In this document: positions 53,417-63,420 of the stretch, piece after piece
How positions within the stretch are numbered: position 1 is the stretch's first letter
How the letters are laid out: every line of letters starts with the position of its first letter
Assembly: GCA_000004985.1 (NCBI GenBank)
Contig: GG738852.1
Source: Naegleria gruberi
Lineage: Eukaryota
Length of the DNA: 64,000 nt
Strand: one strand, 5' to 3'
Notes under the pieces: model-generated
Database searches by the model: none
Told to the model about the DNA's origin: nothing
The model's input: the letters and a program-made list of their open reading frames with translations, nothing else
Translations under genes and position numbers: made by a program

Positions 53417-54355
53417 ATGTTCAATAGATTTCTTGGTGGTGGATCCTCCAATCATCACCAATTGCCACCAAACAACAATAACACAAATAATAATAACATG
53501 TTGGCACCACCTCGTAAGAGATCTTCATCCTCCAGTTCTGATCAAACAACAACTCTAACCACTATTATTCCGAAGAATATCAAACCTTTACCTCCAATGA
53601 CTACCTCTCCTACTCTGATTGATACTACCAACAACATCAGTAATTCCTCCTATACAGCATTCAATTCATCCTCCTCACAACAACAATCCAGTGATTTTAA
53701 TAATACAACAAGAATTTATTTATCTTCATCATCAGGGAATAGATTAATATTAATTAAAAATTTAAATCAAATTCCATTGAATGGAAGGTTTGTTTTTAAT
53801 GATGAGGAGAGTAGGAGATTGATAGCTATATTCAGGACAAAAAAGAATAAGATTTATGCTATTGATGAATATTGTTATCATATGGGAGGTCCTTTGGAGA
53901 AGGGTGATATTGAAGATTTGATGGTGAATTATAAAGATAGCAAAACGAGGAAACATTCATGTGTAGTGTGTCCTTGGCATCATTATTATATTAGTTTGAA
54001 AACTGGTGAATCATTCTATTTGGATATTGATCATACTTATAAATCAAAGGGACAAAGACAACGTACCTATCCTCTGTATTATAATAGTGAAACGATGGAT
54101 TTGTATTTGGAATTGGATTCGAGATTGGAATTGAGTTATTCACCAACAGTTAATTGTACTGGTTGCGAGAGTGATAAAAATCCTATTAAACCTTTGGATT
54201 CGGATCACTATGTAAAAATTCATCAACAAAAGTATTCTAATATTGAGAGTAGTAATACTAAACCTCATAGTGTTGTAAATTTGAAAGAGTTGAAAGAAAA
54301 ACGAGAATTGAAAAAGATTAATCCAGATATTGATTTTCAAATCAAAAAGGAATAA
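53417..54355 (+). CDS. Rieske [2Fe-2S] domain protein with Asn/Ser-rich N-terminal region
   Basis: Rieske ligand boxes CYHMGGPL and CPWHHYYISL (CxH...CxxH, 24 residues apart) in the C-terminal half. The N-terminal ~120 aa are poly-Asn/Ser low complexity. Confidence 0.6.
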   Translation: MFNRFLGGGSSNHHQLPPNNNNTNNNNMLAPPRKRSSSSSSDQTTTLTTIIPKNIKPLPPMTTSPTLIDTTNNISNSSYTAFNSSSSQQQSSDFNNTTRIYLSSSSGNRLILIKNLNQIPLNGRFVFNDEESRRLIAIFRTKKNKIYAIDEYCYHMGGPLEKGDIEDLMVNYKDSKTRKHSCVVCPWHHYYISLKTGESFYLDIDHTYKSKGQRQRTYPLYYNSETMDLYLELDSRLELSYSPTVNCTGCESDKNPIKPLDSDHYVKIHQQKYSNIESSNTKPHSVVNLKELKEKRELKKINPDIDFQIKKE

Positions 54356-54390
54356 TAAGAACGAATTCAAAACCTCATGATTTATTAAAA

Positions 54391-56391
54391 TCAAACTTGA
54401 TCTGAAAATGTTACCGTTGGATTCATCAACGTTAACGTAGATGTGGAATTTACAAGATTGGAACTTGTTGCGGAGGTATCTAACTTGCTTTCAGTATAGG
54501 TAGATGCTTTTTTGTAATTCTTTACAAAATCTGAGATTACATTATTAGAATTTTTCAATCTATCAAACAAATCTGCCATGTCATTCAAACAATGGTCCTG
54601 CACAGCTTTGAAAATATCAGTTGGAATTTTGCCATTGGTTGATTCTATTTGCTTCACTTGTTCAAGAATTTCGGCACTTTTGAAGGTAATCTTTGGCATG
54701 TTAAGTTCTAATGGAGCACCAACGGTCATGTAAGCATTGACAATGTGGTTTACTGCCTTTTTCCTCTGACTTCTCTTTGCCTTCTTGAATCTTTGAATAT
54801 CTCTCCAACACAAGACACTCTCAGTGCAGTAACTTCTTCTAGCAAATTCGAGTACAATTTTGAACATTTTACGATTTTTGAGAACCTTCTCTAAGCCACT
54901 TTCAGATTCGGTATTTTTGGCTAGTTTCTTGTCAAATATTATGGAACGAATGACTGGAATAGTGACACACACAATTACTTCAATGAACATGTACCCCCAC
55001 AAAATGAAACCATATGGGAAATAGGCATCTGTAACAGATGCGATGAAATCAATATTAGCAGCAACTACAAACAAAATAGCACTAGTTAATTGAATAACAA
55101 TCAAAATCATAGTCTCCCTCTTAATTCCCCAAGAGTCTCTGTCTGCTGTAAAGGCAAATATTAAAAATACCAATTCCAAGAGAATGAACAAGATTGATTC
55201 TACAGAAATCATAATGGTAGTTGTAGTATTCATACCACAACCGTGTGAAAATAGAAGAATACCACCCTCATTCAAGAATATTCTCTTCTTGTTTGGATCT
55301 GTACTTGTATTGTAAATTGCTTCCTCAGCAACACCAACAATAAGCCAAATAATTACACCAAATAAGAAGGAAAGAATGTAAATCACAGTAATGAATTTGA
55401 CACTGATTAGGAAATTGAAAATTTTCAACTTTCTCAATTCTTTTTGCACATCTGCCAAATCCTTATATTCACTCATATTCCAAGTTGAAACGTCTGCTTG
55501 TGAATCATTATCAGTATCAAAATTACTTTCATCATCATCATCTGTAACAGTATTTGAAGTAGTTCCATTAATGGAATCAAGTTGAGGTTCATATTCATGA
55601 TTTTTTGCAATTACTCTAGAGAGACGTTCTTGTCTTTTCACTATACCATCCTCTTGTCCAAAGAATTGTTGTTGTTGGGTTCCACTTTGAGTTTCAATTG
55701 TAAAATTATCAATTGCTTGTTTCAATTCAATATTACCTGAAGTGTTATCACCTCCTGTATTTGTAGTACTGGTATTTTGTAAATTAGTCGGTGATTCGAA
55801 TAGTTTAGTTTTCTGTAAATTAATCTTGTACATGAAATATGCTCTCATTAATCTGAAAATAGTAGGTAATGTCACAGCTGCAGGAAATGTGAAAAAGCAA
55901 ATAGTTAACAAACCACAAGGGAATAACCTTCTCGAGATGACAATTCTCAAAGTCATTCCCACAATGAAAAAGAAAGCAGCACATAAAGTAAAGGCGAGAT
56001 AGATTGGACTTCTCGCTTCGACGTGACTGGACTTTCTCTTCCAGAAAACACCTACACCTGTCAATAATACAGTAATTATATATACAATCATAAATGCTAG
56101 ACATGTGGCAAAGGCAAAATAGGTATCATTGCAGAGACCGTATTGAGATGTAACGTTCATTTCACGAATCCATGGCGTACCGATGAGAGAGGAATCACAA
56201 ACTTTAGTATTATTGGTGGTGAAATTTAATGTTGAATTATCTGAAAGCATGGAGAATGGTTCCATTAATGAATGTTGAAAATATGAATTAATCAGGAGAG
56301 CTGCGATATTGTTGGATGGTGTGATGGCATATTGTTCAAAGAAAGGAGAGAGTTGCTGACTGTTGGCAACTTGAAATTGTTGCAGAGACAT
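54391..56391 (-). CDS. 7TM-RGS receptor-like protein, paralog C (intronless, 666 aa)
   Basis: Single ORF with ATG start. N-terminal ectodomain with sequons and a Cys pair, 7 TM helices (TM1 FATCLAFMIVYIITVLLTGVGVF ... TM7 YFPYGFILWGYMFIEVIVCVTIPVI) with a long acidic loop after TM3, and a C-terminal RGS domain (FKIVLEFARRSYCTESVLCWRDIQRFKKAKRSQRKKAVNHIVNAYMTVGAPLELNM). Confidence 0.75.
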   Translation of the reverse strand: MSLQQFQVANSQQLSPFFEQYAITPSNNIAALLINSYFQHSLMEPFSMLSDNSTLNFTTNNTKVCDSSLIGTPWIREMNVTSQYGLCNDTYFAFATCLAFMIVYIITVLLTGVGVFWKRKSSHVEARSPIYLAFTLCAAFFFIVGMTLRIVISRRLFPCGLLTICFFTFPAAVTLPTIFRLMRAYFMYKINLQKTKLFESPTNLQNTSTTNTGGDNTSGNIELKQAIDNFTIETQSGTQQQQFFGQEDGIVKRQERLSRVIAKNHEYEPQLDSINGTTSNTVTDDDDESNFDTDNDSQADVSTWNMSEYKDLADVQKELRKLKIFNFLISVKFITVIYILSFLFGVIIWLIVGVAEEAIYNTSTDPNKKRIFLNEGGILLFSHGCGMNTTTTIMISVESILFILLELVFLIFAFTADRDSWGIKRETMILIVIQLTSAILFVVAANIDFIASVTDAYFPYGFILWGYMFIEVIVCVTIPVIRSIIFDKKLAKNTESESGLEKVLKNRKMFKIVLEFARRSYCTESVLCWRDIQRFKKAKRSQRKKAVNHIVNAYMTVGAPLELNMPKITFKSAEILEQVKQIESTNGKIPTDIFKAVQDHCLNDMADLFDRLKNSNNVISDFVKNYKKASTYTESKLDTSATSSNLVNSTSTLTLMNPTVTFSDQV

Positions 56392-57377
56392 TAGTTGTTT
56401 TTTTTGCTGTGTATGAAATGTTGTTAGACAGTTCTGTAGTGCGAAGAGATTCTTTCTTTGGTATTGACGTGTGAGGTAAATGGTCGCAGATGGTGGTCAG
56501 TAGGGCTCTTTGTAAGGGCAGTCATTTAAAAGATGCCCGATGTGAAACATAATCAAATGACAACCTCAATTAAAGAAAATTATGAATAACAAATGATAAG
56601 TTGAATAATGCCATTTTAGTGTTTGGTAATTTGGAGTCATACTCATGCAAGCAATTTTCTTAAAGCACCCCACTCCACAACAAAATTCACTTTCAATCAT
56701 ATTATTTTGAACTCGACACAAGCATTGGAGGTCTTACTTATTAAAACTTCGACTGGGTTGTCAAGTTGCAGTGTCTCTTTGCATAAGAATATGGACATTA
56801 AGGAGGTGTTTAACTCTTACATCCACTTTTCAACTAATGTCTTACTGGAGTTGGTCCCTATAATTCTTGCTGGTCAATAGGCTGAGAGAATTTGTTTCAA
56901 ATATGAACGGAGATTGTCCTTATTTCTAAAAAACAATAATTGAAAAAATAAGATCAACTTTTTCTTGATCTTTGATAGTGTTTGAAATCATATTTTACTT
57001 ATTTGGACAAGTATTTGAAATATATGAAATCTGATGTTCATTCTAGTAGTACGAAAGACTTGGCAAAGTACATGGAGAGAAAATTTACACAACTTGCATT
57101 CCAAATTTGGTTTGTTTTACAAGTCAACGAGAACAGTGAAGATAATGCACTCCAGCAGATATGGTTCAATTATTAATAGTTATTGGTGTTGCCTTGTTTT
57201 TGCCCAGTTTGGTACTTAACCTGTTATCCGAAATATTTTATTCGAAATCTAACTACTATTGTTACCAATAAACTGTGATGGTATGTACCCTTTACAATAT
57301 TTCGTTTGATTATCGTGTTTCCTTTCACTTGTGTTGTTTCTAATTTGGCAACCAACAAATTTACCAATTCAAAAAAA

Positions 57378-58924
57378 ATGTTTGCAAACCGAAACCACCT
57401 TTTTGCCATCTCTACAAGTAAACTCACAGAGGAACCAAAGAGCAACTCTCTCTATCACGATTATGTGATGCAAACTGGATCTTTATATTCTTATTGTGCA
57501 CTTTCTCCGATAAACAAGTCGAATGTGAAGGAAATTCGGTCGAATGAAACAGATTATGTGATGGCAATTTCTGATTCTTGCCACAATCAATATTCATCTG
57601 TTTTAACTTATTATTCATCATTTGATATATTTTCTGATGCTGCCGTCGATTCGGATATTCTCGCACAAACATTTTCTAAAAGTAATACGAAACTATTTGA
57701 TCCAAGCGAAAGAATAATCAATGTGGAAATTGCATCACAGAAGAAAATTGTATTGACCAATATGAAAATGTACATTGCTCAACAAACTGATGAGACTTTA
57801 AGTAATGGTGTAGAATTACCACAATTACAAGTTGGTGATCAAGTGAAATGTGTGAGAACTAGTTCTAGAACTGAGTTCTTTTTCTTGCTAACTGGTAAGT
57901 ATTGATTATTCATCTCTCTCATTTAATTTTATGGAAATTTAATTCAATTTATGGATATTGTTTGTTTAATTATTTGTTAAATTATTTGTTAAATTTCGAA
58001 TATGTTAAAGAAATGGGAAAGGTTTATGTTTATGGAAAGAATAGCAGTGGAGTATTTGGATTAGGGACAGATCATGATATGAACCTTACTAAATTTACAT
58101 TCCACGAATTTTTATCATCCCTTCCAAGTCCAGTTGTTGATATTGAAATGGGCTACTTGTTTGCTGTTGTGAGATGTAAGAATGGTGATTGTTATGGATG
58201 TGGATACAATTGCTATATTAATGTGGGTGCTGAAGGAGATAGAACAGTTGATTTGAATCATTTTACACTTGTTTCTAAATTGCAAGGTCGAGTGAAGAAA
58301 CATGCTTGTGGAAGTTTTCATTCATTGTACTTGACTTTTAACAATGAATTGTATGGATGTGGTTTAATGACAGAGTAAGTAGTGTTGTGTACTAGTTGTG
58401 TTACTAATATTGATTTTTATAATGATGATTAGTGGTCAACTTGGAAAAGTGTGGGAAGATCAATATAAGAATACTGACTGTGTCAATTTGGTAAGAATTC
58501 AGTTTGAGAATGCGTCCCATTTCAAATCTATTTGTTGCTCTGGATATTCCTCCTTTGCTCTTTCACGTAAGTTTTTTTTAAACAATTAAAGTTTACATTG
58601 AACTATTCCACACCATTAGAAAATAATGAGCTATTGCATTTTGGTAAGAGTAGTAGTAACGTGAAACATCATAGTATTCTCCGAAAGACTGAACACCTCA
58701 CATTCGTTCCATTATTTAATGCTCATGAATTAATTGGAGATTTCGGAAGAAAACCAGATGAAATTGTAGATTTGGCAGTAATGAAAGGAAATGATTTATA
58801 TTGTGGAATGATTATGTGTAGAGAAGGAATTCAAAAAGGAATAATTGAAATGGAAAATTATTTACGGAGATTTGCTGTGCACAATGGAGCCATGACTTTG
58901 AGTGATGTCACTTTGCATTTCTAA
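57378..58924 (+). CDS. RCC1-like repeat protein, 4 exons
   Basis: Exons are 57378..57894, 58011..58374, 58433..58566 and 58620..58924. Donors are gtaagt at 57895, 58375 and 58567; acceptors are AG at 58009-10, 58431-32 and 58618-19. All are phase-consistent. RCC1-type blades: GKVYVYGKNSSGVFGLG, GDCYGCGYNCYINVG, ELYGCGLMTE/DGQLGKV. Confidence 0.5.
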
Positions 58925-59427
58925 TAATTTTCGTGCGTCATTCTGTAATCTCCAAAATATTCAAAATCCATCTCGTTTTAATAAATTCCTCACAAAATGA
59001 AACTCTTTTGTAAAGTTGTAACTGCCAATGTTCTGTTTACTGTGCATTTTGGAAGTTTGACACGAGTGAGGGAACAATCAAATCACTTTTATCCATGTTC
59101 ACTCGTTATCGGTAAAGAAATGAGCTATGTTAAGTTTCGGTTCAGTGTTTGAGTTGATAATAATTGCAATTTAAACAAGAGACAATAAACCTGGTCTTTA
59201 TTATTCTAAATTACACTAATTCAAAGTTTATTCTAGAATTGCAAACTTCATTTCCCTGTGCATTGGAACTCTTCGTAATTGCAATGAAACAAATGAAAGA
59301 GGTAGTAACTTTCGAACAATGAACTTGCTATTCTCCACAAGTTTAAATCAAAACTCCCGTTCAGTTCGTACTCCAAACAAAATCAAAACAAACAGAAACG
59401 TTAATTATAACCTACAATATCAAAATA

Positions 59428-60615
59428 ATGGATCTCTACATTCCTTCTGATTTAAACAATTGTGATGATGATTTTTGTGACGAAATGTTGCCAGTTGAAG
59501 AAAAATTAGAAAGAAGAATGGATGAATTGACAATTTTAGATGGTGATGCATTTGTCTCAAACACAACAAGCAATTCTCAAACAACAGGTGCTTGGATTCG
59601 TGCTAAACATTTGGAAGAAGAAGGTTATGATCAAGAATTGGTTGACCACAGTGAAAATTTTGTCGATTTGGTTATTGTAATGGATTGTACTGGATCAATG
59701 TCTGGTGAAATTGAAGTTGCCAAACGAACTGTAACTACTATCATCTCAACACTTCATGAAAAGTTTCAATCTGATTTGAGATTTTCAGCTGTCAGTTATA
59801 GAGATCACACTGATGATTATGCAGTTAAGGAATTCCCATTTACAAAGGATTTGAATAAGGCAAAGGGTTATATCAATACAATGTCAGCTCAAGGTGGAGG
59901 TGATCATCCTGAAGCTTTGGCATCAGCTCTCTATGTCATTAATGAAATGCCATTTAATAAGAAGGGAAAGAAGATTGTTGTTTGGGTTGCTGATGCTCCT
60001 CCACATGGAATGAAAACATCATCTGATAGCTATCCAGAAGGATGTAAGGATCAACAAGGAAATGTCATTGATTGGATCAAATTGGGATCTGCTCTCCAGG
60101 AGAAGAATGTTGTCTTTTATGGAATTTTGTGTGAAAGAGCAAAGGATGATCAACAATTGACCTTGTTTATGGATTATTTGACAACTAAAACTGATGGTAA
60201 ATGTTTACTCTTAACAGATGCTAATAAGATACCAAATTTGGTGATTAATGGTTGTGTGGAAGATGAAGATATGGACAATCTTGTTGCAAAGAAAATTAAA
60301 GAATTGGGAGAAGAGAAGGTCAATAATTTGGGAATGGATGATTTACTTAAACTCATTCACAATGAAACATCCTCTGAAAAGGTTGCCCAAGTTAAAACCT
60401 TTGAAATTGCCTCAACCAGAACTAAGAATTTGATGAATTATTCAACCTTATCTGATATGCAATGTGATGATTATGTTTCAGCTCAGAATGTCATGACTAG
60501 AAATGATGATTGTGAGGCAGAGAGCGATTCTTTTGATGATTATGGAGGTGTTTACTACAAAGCACCAACTATGGAAAAGGTGGCAAAGGCCTATTCCAGA
60601 AATTTGAGAAAGTAA
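59428..60615 (+). CDS. von Willebrand factor type A (vWA) domain protein with acidic N-terminus
   Basis: vWA/MIDAS-like core: DLVIVMDCTGSMSGEIEVAKRTV...FSAVSYRDHTDDYAVKEF...GGGDHPEALASALYVINEMPFNKKGKKIVVWVADAPPHG. Resembles the vWA of alpha-kinase/copine-type proteins. Confidence 0.6.
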   Translation: MDLYIPSDLNNCDDDFCDEMLPVEEKLERRMDELTILDGDAFVSNTTSNSQTTGAWIRAKHLEEEGYDQELVDHSENFVDLVIVMDCTGSMSGEIEVAKRTVTTIISTLHEKFQSDLRFSAVSYRDHTDDYAVKEFPFTKDLNKAKGYINTMSAQGGGDHPEALASALYVINEMPFNKKGKKIVVWVADAPPHGMKTSSDSYPEGCKDQQGNVIDWIKLGSALQEKNVVFYGILCERAKDDQQLTLFMDYLTTKTDGKCLLLTDANKIPNLVINGCVEDEDMDNLVAKKIKELGEEKVNNLGMDDLLKLIHNETSSEKVAQVKTFEIASTRTKNLMNYSTLSDMQCDDYVSAQNVMTRNDDCEAESDSFDDYGGVYYKAPTMEKVAKAYSRNLRK

Positions 60616-60716
60616 TTTTGCATCTTTGTAAATAGTATGTAAATAAATAAATAGAATTTCGAGAATATTTATTAAACTATAGGATAGGCATTGATTTGCC
60701 TTTATAGAAATGGTTA

Positions 60717-61835
60717 TCATTTATTGGAATTTCTGAAAAAAGTAAATGTATCATTGAAAAAACGCAAAATCGATGGGATGATACTCCATCTTTGTTTTGT
60801 TATGTTATTTTCATCATTATTCTCAATTTTTGGAATGGAAATTATTTTGGAATTTTCAACTTGTTTCAATATGAAATGAATATTTTCATATTGAGATTGA
60901 ATTTGTTCCGAAGCAAATAAAATATTCATTTCATTTTCTTCCATTGCAATTTGTACAATTTCCACATCATTTCTCAATTCCAAATTTAGAAATTGTAATA
61001 AATGTCCTTGATGTTTCAATACAAGTTTGGCCAATTCTCTGTCTTGCTTCCATTCTTGAAAATTCATATAGAATTCTTTGAATTCATTACTATTCTTCAA
61101 TTCATTTCCATACTTTTCCTGAATATTTGTAAAATACTTTACAAGATTAATTTTCATTGTAATCTCGGGCTTACTGTATTTCAAAATATTGTAAACAGTG
61201 CACATATATTGAGGATATTTTTCTATAAGATCGAGTACTCGCTCATCCAATATATCTCCCTTGATATACCTAAATGGATCCTCTCCTTTTTCAATGCAAA
61301 TTTCCAATAGTTCAATATAATCTACAATATAATTCTTATCAATAAAATACAATTCACAATAATTCCTTTCCACACAATATTTGATAAATTCCCAATTTGA
61401 TTTTAGTTCACTTCCCACATACTGATAAATGCATCCACTATTATCATAAGTTTGTTCTAATAATTGTTTAATAAATTGAAAATTATTTAACAATTCCTCA
61501 TCCGCACCATCAATATTGTAAATTCTATATTTGGATGTATTCATTACTACTTGTGGATCTTTTCTAAATTCACTATTTGAAGGAAAATATCTCATTGGAA
61601 TTCCTTCACTTTTTTCAATCATTTTCAATATGAAGTTTCGTTCAAGTTTCAATGAAGTTTGCTCTAATGCACGGAAATATCTTCTACTGAGTGCCAATTC
61701 TACAACATCAATATCATCCTTCAAACCGTTAGAGGCATGATTAAAATTAAAGTTAAATTGTTTGATAAAATATAGAACTAGTCTCTTATTATTTTTTAGA
61801 GTTTCAGAGGCGTATTTTAAACCTTCTGGAAACAT
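60717..61835 (-). CDS. DUF4116-like repeat protein, downstream ORF (372 aa); probably the 3' part of one gene with 61838..63004
   Basis: The repeats (ELAKLVLKHQGHLLQFLNLELRNDVEIVQIAMEEN...) match the DUF4116-like pattern. Its ATG (revcomp 61833-61835) lies 2 nt after the TAA of the upstream ORF, in the +2 frame. Confidence 0.5.
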   Translation of the reverse strand: MFPEGLKYASETLKNNKRLVLYFIKQFNFNFNHASNGLKDDIDVVELALSRRYFRALEQTSLKLERNFILKMIEKSEGIPMRYFPSNSEFRKDPQVVMNTSKYRIYNIDGADEELLNNFQFIKQLLEQTYDNSGCIYQYVGSELKSNWEFIKYCVERNYCELYFIDKNYIVDYIELLEICIEKGEDPFRYIKGDILDERVLDLIEKYPQYMCTVYNILKYSKPEITMKINLVKYFTNIQEKYGNELKNSNEFKEFYMNFQEWKQDRELAKLVLKHQGHLLQFLNLELRNDVEIVQIAMEENEMNILFASEQIQSQYENIHFILKQVENSKIISIPKIENNDENNITKQRWSIIPSILRFFNDTFTFFRNSNK

Positions 61836-61837
61836 TT

Positions 61838-63004
61838 TTAATAGGTCAATATCATTTTCAATATATTTCCTATCAAAGAATTCAAGTGTTGAAACCCATT
61901 TAATCCTAATTTAATATATTGAATTAGTTCAATATTAAACTGGTCGTCTTGTTCAAATAGAGGATTAATATAGGCATAGTTGAATGCGTTACATTTACAA
62001 AACCACAAACTCATTTCTCTGTCATTGTAAAACTCATTGTAAACATAATTAAATGTTAAATTAGTCTCTTTTGCGCATTCTTTAATAAATTCTCTATTGA
62101 GCTTAATTTCATTATAGACGTGATCTATATTCTCTGGATTACATTTGATTGCAAATTGTTGAATATCAATACTGGTGTTATAGGGTAATATTAATGAAAG
62201 TGAGTTTCCACGTTGTAACATTGATTTTTGAAAGTTGATATTCTTTTTAATATCTTCTCCAAAATATTCGAATGGTAGTGATTCAACTTTTGGTTGTAAT
62301 TTAAATATTGATTCATCATTTCTTAATTCATATGGTAAATATGGAAATATTCTATAATTACTTTTCAAGACAATTTTGCAAAATTCCAAATTAGATTTTA
62401 AATTTTCAGATAAATATCTAAAGGATGTTTCTGAATTTTTAATTGAATTCAGTGCTATACCCTTGTTATTCTTAACGTCTTCATTTGTAACGTATTTCAT
62501 CAATGATCCATTTATAGAAAGTGCCATATTACACAATTCAAAGTCAGATCTCAATTCTTGTGATGCAAATTCAAATGCTTGAACATTACTTTGCAATGCT
62601 ATTTTAACTAATTCTCTATCATTTTGATAATTTGGAAAATATTTCAATAAATTTCCATTTCTAGAAAGTATAATTTTCATAATATTGCTGTTACTGGTCA
62701 ATAGTTTGGATTGATATTTAATTAATTGATAAGTTAACATATTAATATTGTAATCACTAGAATTTTTCAAACTTGTTTCAATTAACTCTTCATCATTTAA
62801 AATTTTATCATATTCACTCTCCGGAAATTTTTCATAATTGATCAATAATTCATCTCCATCTTTCTTTACAATTTCCAATCTTTCACTTTGAAGTGTATTT
62901 AAAGTGAATTTACTTGATGAAAAACGAGCCAATGATGATGAACTGAAGAGCTGTGGTTTTATCAATTTGTGTGTTAAAACACCAAGCTTGACAAGTTGTT
63001 TCAT
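61838..63004 (-). CDS. DUF4116-like repeat protein, upstream ORF (388 aa); probably the 5' part of one gene with 60717..61835
   Basis: ATG start at revcomp 63002-63004. Repeats: ELVKIALQSNVQAFEFASQELRSDFELCNMALSINGSLMKYV... A candidate 26-nt GT..AG micro-intron (plus 61870..61895) would fuse it in frame to the downstream ORF. Confidence 0.5.
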   Translation of the reverse strand: MKQLVKLGVLTHKLIKPQLFSSSSLARFSSSKFTLNTLQSERLEIVKKDGDELLINYEKFPESEYDKILNDEELIETSLKNSSDYNINMLTYQLIKYQSKLLTSNSNIMKIILSRNGNLLKYFPNYQNDRELVKIALQSNVQAFEFASQELRSDFELCNMALSINGSLMKYVTNEDVKNNKGIALNSIKNSETSFRYLSENLKSNLEFCKIVLKSNYRIFPYLPYELRNDESIFKLQPKVESLPFEYFGEDIKKNINFQKSMLQRGNSLSLILPYNTSIDIQQFAIKCNPENIDHVYNEIKLNREFIKECAKETNLTFNYVYNEFYNDREMSLWFCKCNAFNYAYINPLFEQDDQFNIELIQYIKLGLNGFQHLNSLIGNILKMILTY

Positions 63005-63249
63005 TTTTTTTTGATTGGTAAAGCTTTGTTCATATCAAGTTCCGATCACAAGCCTGTCTCCAACCTTTAGAAATGCTGTCCAGAAAAACTATCAATGACT
63101 GCAAATAGCATTATGACAAACTCTCTGGTTGACTTATTATCAGCTTTTGGAGATTAGGTTGTTATTGATATAATTCATTCTTAAGTGGAGACGTGTAGAT
63201 CTCTGGAGGTTGATATAAATTCGTCGATCCGCTGGACCAGAAGAAAATT

Positions 63250-63420
63250 TGCAAGTTGAGTGTCACCCGTATAAAATTTTTGATGGTCAGTTTGTGAAAA
63301 CTCAATATCAAGCTGTCTTGTCCTTGTATGCTTCTAGTTGAACTACTGGTGTTGTTTTGGACTCTGGTGATGGTGCCTGCCACTGTTCCAATTTATGAAG
63401 GTTATGCTTTGCCACACTCT
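63250..63420 (+). pseudogene. Degraded fragment of a canonical actin gene
   Basis: + strand: ...QAVLSLYAS(S*)TTGVVLDSGDGA-CH-CSNL... corresponds to actin [39 protein letters not shown]. The downstream nucleotides ccaatttatgaaggttatgctttgccacac still encode [10 protein letters not shown] out of frame. Stops and indels are present, with no continuation as actin on either side. Confidence 0.55.

Noticed and set aside
56392-57377. Small ORFs (56623..56880, 56982..57176, 57034..57219) in the 1-kb divergent region between 7TM-RGS paralog C and the RCC1-like gene
   Set aside because: They overlap one another in different frames and show no conserved motifs. They are more likely promoter or 5' UTR sequence.
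61826-61895. 70-nt candidate intron (gtttcaacac...atgtttccag) joining the two DUF4116 ORFs using the strong tttccag acceptor
   Set aside because: Its length is 1 mod 3 whereas a +2 frame change is required. Using it places the downstream exon out of phase and hits a stop within 7 codons. Only the 26-nt alternative, or a frameshift, restores the frame.
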